In this document: positions 44,501 to 51,224 of the stretch, piece by piece
Layout of the letters: each line of letters opens with the position of its first letter
Numbering within the stretch: position 1 is the stretch's first letter
Assembly (NCBI GenBank): GCA_002633005.1
Contig: NMRA01000139.1
Coordinates: 434,001-497,096, forward strand
Reading direction: 5' to 3'
From: Phoronis australis
Lineage: Eukaryota; Animalia; Phoronida
Length of the DNA: 63,096 bases
The notes under the pieces: generated by a model
What the model was told of the DNA's origin: nothing
The model's database searches: none
What the model saw: the letters and a program-made list of their open reading frames with translations, nothing else
Made by a program: the position numbers and the translations under genes

Positions 44501-47500
44501 ATTTATAGTTTTCTTCTGCTTAGTTGGCATACTTTATGATTATTTCAAGAATTACAAATAGACTGAATCAGACAGCCAGCAGGAAGTTATTGACTGTCTC
44601 AACATGGGTTGGTCCACTCCAACATCAGGGGGACAATAAGGTCTCAACATGGGTTGGTCCACTCCAACATCAGGGGGACTGTCGGGTCATTTGCTGTACT
44701 CTTGATGCGATCCTATATCACTGTTTTTCACACATTTGTGTTCGTTACTCTGATGGTTCAGAATGATTGAAACTAACCATGTTATTTTCAAATTGAAGAG
44801 ATTTTATTTTTTATCCAAAGCTTGTTCTTGACAGTCAAATACAGTACAAGCCAACACGGACAAATTGGCCAGGTAGAATTCCACATCACTATCGCAACAC
44901 TTTTTGTGGCAGGATTCGTAGTCATAGTAGCTGGAATGATGAATTATTGTCCTTTGTTGCGGGGAATAGCTAACTTTCGAACTAGCCGTGCCATTTTTAA
45001 ATTCACTAATCCGCCAGATGGTGATTAGGTCTGTGTTGGACAGGCATTCAGCGCCCCCTAGAGGTCCCATCTAATGCTAACATGAGGTTTGAACGTACTG
45101 GCATTAACAGCGCTTTGGTGACTAAAACACCCTTTTGACATCAGACAAACAAATATTTTTTAATAAAATATTGTTCTGTTTCTTACATACCACAAAAAGT
45201 GATTAATTGTGACGTATAATTACACCGCCTGTAATTCGTATCACCTTTGAGCACCCCAGGCATATTCTCAACCAATCAGCCAAAAGTGGTGTGTATCGTG
45301 TCAACTAAATTTCCCCGAAGCCTCGCTGCACAACAGCCGAGAGTCATTCAGTCTTGGACGCAAGTTACGGTCTCTTGGCTAAAATGACGCGTTGCCTAAG
45401 CGACAGTGGCATACATTTGTACAATTCCCCACCAATTTCCTCATGCCATGCACAGAATAAATGCGTATGCACAACTAGGGTGGTCTGGTGACAAAATTCT
45501 AAGACCAGCAAGATCTCTTCTAGCCTTGGTGTTAAGTTGTATATTAAATCTAGGAACCAATACGAGATTGGTTTCTAGACTAAATATACAGCTTTGCGCT
45601 GATGAAAAAACGACCAAATAAAATCTGACATAAAATTAGTGTCAGTAAAAAACTACACACTCTTCCTTGAATAAACTAAATAATTTACCAGTGTTGGAAA
45701 AATTGGCATTGTACTGTTATTCTGCTGCTAAAATTGTGGTGCAATCTTTCGGCGCTGTAAAATATTGCGTCACCTTTTGGTCAGTTTCTTTGGTCTCCAA
45801 TTCTTCATTCAACTGTTCTTCTTCCACGAGGTTGAGTACATGTCACAACAAGGTGTCGGTTGACTCCTAAATTTTGTATGCGACCCCGCTGGTCATTAGC
45901 TCTACATGTTGATACAAGTTTCATGAAGAGGTGACAAACAGAATTACTGGGGCTGTGAGAATTCTCGGTGTCTAACACACAGTGGTACCTAGCTGTATTT
46001 TGACGAGAGTCTTCATACAGCTAGCTGGCTGGGCACAAGATTTGCAGTGCGCTCTTCGACATTTTTTGTTACGTTCGAGACACGGTAAAAGGCAAATTCG
46101 TTGCGTCGATGATGTCATAGGCCTCAATTGGTGCGAGGGCCATCTCAAGAGAGAATTTTGATCCTGGCGCGGTGTCAAAACGCTAAGATAAATTAATGTG
46201 AACTTAAACTAATCAAAAAATGGGAGGGACTGACAGTGGAATTTATTTCTCTGCTTTCATATTTATGAACCGCTACTTAGTAACTGAATCTCTGTCCAAC
46301 TATTGTGAATCGGGATCAATCAGAAGTAACTTTTATGTTCTCATTACTCTAGAGGGTGCTAGTGTGAAGTCCCCTATCAAAACTGTGTCCCATTAATTTT
46401 GACATGCGCTGTGGGAGGAAATGCACTTAAGTAACTGTCACTGGTTCAACCTGTCTCTCTCCCTCTCCTTTAGCTGGGTCCTAATGGCGATCGTCACCAC
46501 ATCAACTGGAATCTGGATTTGATTGTGACCAGTGTAACTGCCGGGGATGCAGGCACCTATAGACTTGTATGCGTGACGACCCGCACAAAAATTCCAGTGA
46601 AAACGTACAACGTTTATGTTAGTGGTGAGTCAGATTTACAAATTGATACCGTCTACATGCTGTACTAAACAAGGAACAGAGAAATATCACATCAGCCAGA
46701 GCTCTAATCATTCTGGCAAATCACCTGTGCTTACTTTTCTGACCTGTAGAGTGCAACCAATGGGTAGGCGAGTTATGCTAGTGGCATTTTGACATTTCAC
46801 CACAAAGTTTGATCTCTAAACTCATTTTTCATGTTTCTCTCTGCAGTTTTCATGTTTGTGTAGAGTAACACACATGTTCAGCTATACAGCACACTCCCTA
46901 GAAGTTAACAAATATATGTGCGCCTCCACTTTATCCAGGCTGGCCGGCTACTTGCTCCTGTATTTCCATGCTCTGCCATGACCGTTCTTCCTAAGCAATC
47001 TCTTGAAACATTTATTTTTTCATTTTCACTCATTTTATCACCTTAGACAGCTAAAGTGTACTGTGCACTAACTATCAACACGTAAACCCTACTGCTTTAC
47101 AACAGTGGCTCCATATTAGCACGTTTGATAGTCAAAGTTCAAAAATGTGTCCAGGAAGTAAAAGTAGGCAGCAGGTCTCTTAGAGCAACTGGCCAACATT
47201 TTTGTTTTGCTAATTTTTGGCGTACAACATTGGAAATTTACTATGTTTCTTGGGTGCTTAAATTTCATGGGAAATTTACAAAATGTATTCTGGCAATTTT
47301 TCAGAATTGGTTGGCACCATTAGTTAAACAGGTCCTCTTCACCGGGTAATTCTGCTTTCTCAAGGCTTGATGAACGTTTGTTGAATTGTATAGTCTTAAC
47401 CTTTTTCTGGTTACACAAAACAATTTGTCCCTCCATTTTCTTTGTTAAATTTCTAACAAATGAATCGGAAAATCTTTGGCTGTTCTTCCAACTTCTGCTG

Positions 47501-50500
47501 CAGTTGATTGTGGCTCAGTGCCGCCCACTTCGTCCCTTCATCATATACTTCTACGTGAAATACATTTGACACTAAAGGGTAATACACTCATACCATGTGC
47601 ACAGGGTAAATTTTCTATTTGGTGATGTTGCTGATTCCCATCTCAACACAGAAGATCTCTGCCTGCTGTAATACTGAAGTAAAAAAGGCTGGTTTTCAGC
47701 CTGAGATTATTACCAAAGGTTCCTTTTATATCAAACATTAACAACTAATGTCTAACATTTTCAGGCTGCTCGTACAGCACGGCAACAGAGTATCAGCAGA
47801 AATACCAGCAGTGGTGCGACGCATTTGATGATTACAAGAAAGAGATGAACAAATGGAAGGTGAGTTTGCTTGGATCTAATCTTGCAGATACCGCCAGGAT
47901 CCGTGCATTGCTTTGCGCTTGAAGTCTTAATTGTTTTGTGTTATTTCTGGACCAATGAAGAACAAATCGATAGTTTAGTGTTTGGAGGATGCTGTGTACG
48001 AGCTGACTCAGTTCCATTATGCACTCATTTTGGTTTTGAGGTTGGTGTTTCATGGCACACCAGGTGCCAGCGTAAGGCTAGTTCACTTGGATTTTCTTCA
48101 AATGTTTGGTGAGTTTGTTGCACTGGCTGTTCTTCATTGAAGTTGTTGCCATGTGGGGACTATTGACCAAACATTAATGTTGACGCACAGCGATATCCAC
48201 TAAAAAATGGATATCACTAGTTAGATAGCTGACACAAATAGACAGTCACAAGCTCCTGTTTTAGGAAATATTGCTGGCTCAAATTAGCTGGAGCCCATAC
48301 TTTTTATGCGTCCACATATTTGTATTTGGGCGCATATCATCTCTGTCTGGGCATCTGGGATCCACAACTTTATCCCCTAAACCCCTTGCAGGATCTTAAT
48401 AAGATTTGGCAGGTGTGTCTTCATGATTATGCCGACTAGTTTCAGTCTGATCCGACCCCCTAGTGGCAATTTTATCATCTTCGTAATTCTTAAATTGATT
48501 TTCGTGAAATTTGGCGAATAGTTTTCTGTTGTGAAAGGTGATGACACCTTTATTATCATTTTTGGACGTCTTTGACAATTCTGCTGCTCTATCTAGTGGC
48601 CGTTTTTTTAAATTTTGGTTTCCGTTTTTTGGCGTCTGCCTAAAATTCTATCTGCAAAACTGCTTGAAGGATCATTATGGAAGTTGGCAGGTGTCTTTCT
48701 GGTGAGGAGGCCGCAGTTGACGTTGATTTTTGGGCTTGTTCCACTACTCTGGTGCTCCCTACTGGGGATTTTGTTTCATTTTGCTTACACAGCTGTATCT
48801 CCTTAACCCTTTGCAGGAATTGGGAAATTTGGCAGATGTGTTGCTATGGATTTGACAAACACAATTCCACGATTGGTGTGCTGTTAGTGGCAATTTATTT
48901 TTTTTATGCTTTCCTGCTTAACTTCAGAGTTCGTTGATGGATTTTCATGAAATTTGGCAAAAAGGTGCTATTACCAGGAATTTCTGTAGATAAGTCCCTG
49001 AGTGTGTATTCGGAAAATGAAAATTTTCAACCGTTTTAGCAACACCAAAGAAACACCTGGGTGTTTATTCGGAAAAGGGTGTGTGTAAACGGAAAGCCAT
49101 AGTTTTGCTTGACTTTACGATCTTTTACATAAAACTGCGTTTTTGAGTTTTTTGTTAAATGCATAGTTCACCAACACCCTTCGTTTTTATAAATGCTAAA
49201 TGCTCCACAAAACTCTGTGATGCCTCCTGGTGCCCATTTTTATGCGGCCACATATTTATATGTTGTCGCATATTGCCGTCATCTCTGTCTGGGCTTCTGG
49301 CATCCGGCGTCCACTGCTGTATCTCCTAAACCCCTTGCAGGATCTTATTGAAATTTTGCAGGTATGTTCCTATGGGGTTGACGACAGAGGGCGACGAGTT
49401 TCGGACCAACCCGAATACCGCTGTGCCCCCTAGTGGCAATTTTAGTTTTTTACGTTCGCCTCTGTATCTTCAAAAATCCTCAATCGATTTTCATGAAATT
49501 GGCACATAGGCATCTATTAATGAGTTGACGCTATCCTCCCATTTTCGGATGGATTCGAGACATTTTGCGTCGTCTAGTGGCCATTTTTACTATTTTCGAG
49601 TTGTTTTTTGGCGTCTGCCCCTCCAACAATTAAACCACTCTAAGGATGATTGTGAAAATTGGTATGTATGTTCTTTCTATGAAGGTGACGGTTGACGATA
49701 ATTTTCCCATGACTTCATCTACTGTGGCGCCGCCTAGTGGCATTTTTTTGCACCCATACCTGTATCTCCTTAGCCCTCTGCAGGATCTTTATTAAATTTA
49801 TCCCATGTATTTATATGAAGTTAACAAGAGAAGACGACGTCTTTTTTATGGATCTGAAGAACACTCTGCCCCCTATTGGCAATTTCATTTTTTTTTATTT
49901 TCCTGTTTTTCTGAAGTTCTTCAGCGAATTTTAATAAAATTTGGTAAGTGGCTTTCTTTTAAAGAAAGGATGACATTTTCTGGTTTTCAGACAGATTCGA
50001 TGTATTTTGCGCCATCTAGTGGCCATTTTGATGAAACAAATAAACAACCCTAAAGGCACACCTATTGCGATGCATTCGTGGGCGCATTTCAACGCTCCAC
50101 GTTGCTCTTGTTGTATGTTTCTTCGATTGTACCTCCTTACTCCGTTGAAGGATCTTCGTTAAATTTTGTAAGACAACGGATACGTTTGACTTCTGGACTA
50201 CTGCTGTGCCCCCTAGTGGCAATTTTAGTTTCATCTTTGCATCTTCAGAGCTCTTTGACAGTTTTATTGAAATGTGGCAAACAAGTTTTTGTTATCATGG
50301 CAATAGCATCTATCCATTTTGGGAAGTATTTGGTGTATTCTATGCCACCTAGTGGCTATTTTTTTACCGATAAACATCCCTAAAGCGCAATGTTTGCATT
50401 GCTGTCTTGGGCACATTTCTATGCTCTGTGTTGCTCTTGTTTACAGCTCGGTGTCCCTAGAAACCTTGTTGCGGCAAAGTTGTTATCCCTCATCAGATAT

Positions 50501-51224
50501 ATGTGGTCACACTTGTGCTCGTTATTGTTGATTTAATGCAGTAAATAGAACCTGTTGTGGTATTCTCAAAAAGATGGACAATTGTTCAAACATTCAATTT
50601 CAAACCAGGTTTATTCTAATTCACCACCCCCACCTGATATCCTCCAAGCTATGAATGTTATGGTCTGTGAGTATTTTAATAATCATTAAAGTAATTAAGG
50701 TAAATAATGATTCTTCGTGGTGTACCCCTATGGCATTCCCATGAACAGTATTCGTTTCTCATAAGCTGTATTGTTTTCTCATATAGCACAATTCTGTTTT
50801 TACGAACACAATTCTTTTCTCATTGACTCAGTAACTAAAATGTTTTAGTTTACTGACAGATTTGATACAGTGTACCATGCACATTCTATATGTAATGCCA
50901 GGTACATGTAATTTGTGCTTTTTGTCAATCTTGACAAGAAATGTGGTAAATTAGGGAATAGAATTCGTAAGAACTGAGAAATACTTTGGTGAGAAAAGAT
51001 GTGCTCCTTGTAATAAAATAGTAACTGTCAATTAGAAAATGATGTTGTTAATGAGAATGCTGTGTCATCTGTGAGGGAGGAAGATTTTTTACCCTGGTTA
51101 CGCATCACCGTTGGGGCCACACGTACCCATTAAGGTTTCTAGCAAGGCAGGTTTCTTCAAACCCTAATAATTGCTAATTCTTTTTTTTCAGCAATGCCAA
51201 GGTTCGTGCTGTCCATCACCATGA
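11449..51224 (+). CDS. Sema2: Divergent secreted class-2-like semaphorin (signal peptide-Sema-PSI-Ig-C-terminal tail), 16 coding exons, ~787 aa
   Basis: Exons 11449-11563, 11892-11976, 18166-18208, 21797-21922, 23631-23780, 27927-28038, 31275-31490, 34676-34815, 36873-37060, 40551-40701, 42301-42499, 43380-43701, 44132-44369, 46474-46624, 47765-47859, 51192-51224. All introns are GT-AG and phase-compatible; total 2364 nt with no internal stop. Sema motifs occur in the expected order (LYYR..VFIG, CQN, ICNSNA..P, GPRCQFNP, YIFTFHE, RLVC, SGVCLF, FYFAT), then PSI (C..Y.GC..C..DPHCGW), Ig, and EYQQKYQQWCDAFDDYKKEMNKW, which resembles the Sema2a tail as I recall it. Confidence 0.88.
11892..11976 (+). 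CDS. Semaphorin coding exon 2 (YTEFTSNLTKDLYYRYMKIDGDKVFIGT)
   Basis: tattgcag acceptor, gtaagt donor, phase 1 to 2; start of the Sema domain. Confidence 0.85.
12019..13330. mobile_element. TA-flanked Tc1/mariner-pogo-type non-autonomous element
   Basis: TA duplication; TIR ccgtaaactcgcaggttaac vs cagtaaactcacaggttaac; subterminal ggtaat(t/c)gccc repeats. Confidence 0.78.
13613..13841. mobile_element. hAT-like MITE, same family as 15794-16026
   Basis: Shared internal sequence and ends; flanks ctttct / gtttct. Confidence 0.68.
13929..15562 (+). mobile_element. Helentron/HINE-like copy with an RTE insertion
   Basis: Same architecture; ends gtgggcgcatttgaacgctccgcgttgctctt. Confidence 0.7.
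14575..14837 (+). mobile_element. 5'-truncated RTE-clade LINE 3' end
   Basis: Translates as LGHTLRRP...ALKWNPQGKRNRGRPRMTWRR...AQDRTKW...*, followed by a (TGA)n tail; typical of the RTE/BovB ORF C-terminus. Confidence 0.85.
15794..16026. mobile_element. hAT-like MITE, same TIR family, 6-bp TSD (tttgag)
   Basis: cagagcttggaat / attccaagccctg; perfect tttgag duplication. Confidence 0.78.
16266..17839. mobile_element. TA-flanked Tc1/mariner-pogo-type non-autonomous element
   Basis: TA duplication; TIR cggtaaaagttcctgaatttaggacag vs cggtaaaaatttctggatttaagacag; repeated gtccgaaat motifs near both ends. Confidence 0.78.
18166..18208 (+). CDS. Semaphorin coding exon 3 (GYLFTQKLSNISVQ)
   Basis: Strong polypyrimidine tract plus cag, gtgagt donor, phase 2 to 0. 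Confidence 0.8.
18845..20328. mobile_element. TA-flanked Tc1/mariner-pogo-type non-autonomous element
   Basis: TA duplication; TIR ccgtattc(a/g)ctctaataagc; tandem subterminal ataagcgccc repeats. Confidence 0.82.
20718..21710. repeat. 68-bp minisatellite, ~7 units, interrupted by a MITE
   Basis: tcttgtctgg recurs at 20782, 20850, 20918, 20986, 21054, 21122 and again after the insertion. Confidence 0.95.
21151..21653. mobile_element. hAT-like MITE with 6-bp TSD (tatgac), inserted into a minisatellite
   Basis: TIR cagggcttggaat / attccaagccctg; tatgac on both sides; the interrupted 68-bp repeat resumes in register. Confidence 0.82.
21797..21922 (+). CDS. Semaphorin coding exon 4 (ALAPLEFK...GKANCRDSALLW)
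   Basis: ttacag acceptor, gtatga donor, open 42 codons, phase 0 to 0; supplies the Cys expected before CxN. Confidence 0.7.
22232..23514 (-). mobile_element. Kolobok-like non-autonomous DNA transposon with ~315-bp TIRs and a THAP relic
   Basis: Flanked by TTAA (22228-22231, 23515-23518); termini AGG...CCT; long inverted arms; internal minus-strand THAP ORF. TTAA, RR..YY ends and THAP together are the Kolobok signature. Confidence 0.82.
22515..23249 (-). pseudogene. THAP-domain transposase N-terminal relic
   Basis: MPRCCCVPGC...HRFPKD...RRTW...KHF...RLKKGSIPSL. The third zinc-binding Cys is missing (SSGKHF) and no DDE domain is present. Confidence 0.78.
23631..23780 (+). CDS. Semaphorin coding exon 5 (RSGIKDFLCQNWV...YLICNSNAMTPYYKIYNISN)
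   Basis: tttcag / gtgagt; CxN and CGTNA-like Sema motifs; phase 0 to 0. Confidence 0.88.
23751..24058 (+). repeat. 77-bp tandem repeat x4 spanning the semaphorin exon 5 end and donor
   Basis: Units start at 23751, 23828, 23905 and 23982; near-identical. Confidence 0.95.
25013..26031. mobile_element. CA..GCGGA-type element with 5-bp TSD (gattt)
   Basis: Ends cataggcggatttagga / tcctagatccgccactg; gattt on both sides; sits inside a Helentron-like relic. Confidence 0.75.
26520..27482 (+). mobile_element. Diverged partial relative of the 18845-20328 element
   Basis: Colinear similarity with ~19315-20328 (ttaaaagcacgtggccaggaag, ccgactccacaggaa, tcaggtaatttgttgagtc) and a similar ...tacggt end. 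Confidence 0.72.
27927..28038 (+). CDS. Semaphorin coding exon 6 (GKFQEVDD...GPRCQFNP...)
   Basis: ttccag / gtaaga; GxxCPxxP-like motif; phase 0 to 1. Confidence 0.85.
28316..30202. mobile_element. 1.9-kb hAT-like non-autonomous element with ~6-bp TSD
   Basis: TIR cagggataaac / gtgtatccctg; flanks catttg / cacttg; subterminal tcgcc / ggcga motifs; internal part also found at ~45660-46030. Confidence 0.62.
31275..31490 (+). CDS. Semaphorin coding exon 7 (VTNKSIYPHDD...FRRTDYVVDGIDSL)
   Basis: ttgtag / gtaagt; phase 1 to 1; lies within ORF 31199-31510; ends in an LRT..D..L-like motif. Confidence 0.8.
33262..34570 (+). mobile_element. Helentron/HINE-like copy
   Basis: tttatgcgcccacatatttatatgtgatcgcat 5' hairpin; ccgt repeats; duplicated central blocks; 3' tgggcacat plus stem-loop. 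Confidence 0.72.
34676..34815 (+). CDS. Semaphorin coding exon 8 (HPDHFLKTY...KYIFTFHEATARE...ASSVCM)
   Basis: ttgtag / gtatga; matches the Sema P.F...YFFFRE.A.E...RVC block; phase 1 to 0. Confidence 0.88.
35639..36054. repeat. 52-bp minisatellite x8
   Basis: Unit acccatctcattactactaactagtggaccactacctagtggtcattgttat. Confidence 0.95.
36873..37060 (+). CDS. Semaphorin coding exon 9 (MDDGFNTG...FKTLISTRLVCRSQG...VYILFST)
   Basis: ttttcag / gtatgt; matches the D.GG...TFLKARL.C...YGVFST block; phase 0 to 2. Confidence 0.9.
37728..39400 (+). mobile_element. Helentron/HINE-like copy interrupted by a 685-bp insertion
   Basis: Same family motifs; the host sequence resumes at 38830. Confidence 0.68.
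38145..38829. mobile_element. Unclassified hairpin-bearing insertion
   Basis: Interrupts the host repeat; ~36-bp stem at 38170-38248; tttatcccatacgc (38267) is inverted at the right end; no clear TSD. Confidence 0.62.
40551..40701 (+). CDS. Semaphorin coding exon 10 (EFHDVGMISGVCLFNLSKI...PYQWKRK)
   Basis: ttacag / gtcagt; SAVC.F-like motif; phase 2 to 0. Confidence 0.88.
41557..41673. repeat. 33-bp inverted repeat with duplicated loop
   Basis: Arms 41557-41589 and 41612-41644 (one mismatch); 41588-41610 is repeated at 41651-41673. Confidence 0.9.
42301..42499 (+). CDS. Semaphorin coding exon 11 (RCTEIEPHF...SMVIDPHGDYNLFYFAT)
   Basis: ctgtag / gtagtt; VD...Y.V.FLGT-like motif; phase 0 to 1. 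Confidence 0.88.
43380..43701 (+). CDS. Semaphorin coding exon 12 (end of Sema plus PSI domain)
   Basis: tttcag / gtaggc; HCNEYEGCANCALDPHCGWDTTCQCC is a PSI signature; phase 1 to 2. Confidence 0.93.
44132..44369 (+). CDS. Semaphorin coding exon 13 (QDI linker plus first half of the Ig domain)
   Basis: ctcag / gttggt; RQDIYD...VNATQGEQSFFRL...TVWEKK; phase 2 to 0. Confidence 0.85.
44596..44679. repeat. 39-bp direct duplication (45-bp period)
   Basis: gtctcaacatgggttggtccactccaacatcagggggac occurs twice. Confidence 0.9.
44821..45028 (+). CDS. Candidate alternative terminal exon of the semaphorin encoding a transmembrane segment
   Basis: T-rich acceptor ending aag at 44820; in frame with the phase-2 donor at 43701; ITIATLFVAGFVVIVAGMM hydrophobic run; AATAAA at 45162. 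Confidence 0.35.
46474..46624 (+). CDS. Semaphorin coding exon 14 (second half of the Ig domain, LIVTSVTAGDAGTYRLVC)
   Basis: Long pyrimidine tract plus tag, gtgagt donor; L.I..V...DAG.Y motif; phase 0 to 1. Confidence 0.88.
47765..47859 (+). CDS. Semaphorin coding exon 15 (GCSYSTATEYQQKYQQWCDAFDDYKKEMNKWK)
   Basis: tttcag / gtgagt; class-2 semaphorin tail pattern YQ..Y..WC..F..YK..M..W; phase 1 to 0. Confidence 0.88.
48301..50441 (+). mobile_element. Cluster of Helentron/HINE-like copies (best preserved 49237-50111)
   Basis: Two 5' starts (48301, 49237) and two 3' ends (50111, 50441) with family motifs. Confidence 0.7.
51192..51224 (+). CDS. Semaphorin terminal coding exon (QCQGSCCPSP*)
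   Basis: Poly-T tract plus cag acceptor, phase 0, Cys-rich short tail, TGA stop. Confidence 0.7.
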   Translation, partial: QCQGSCCPSP

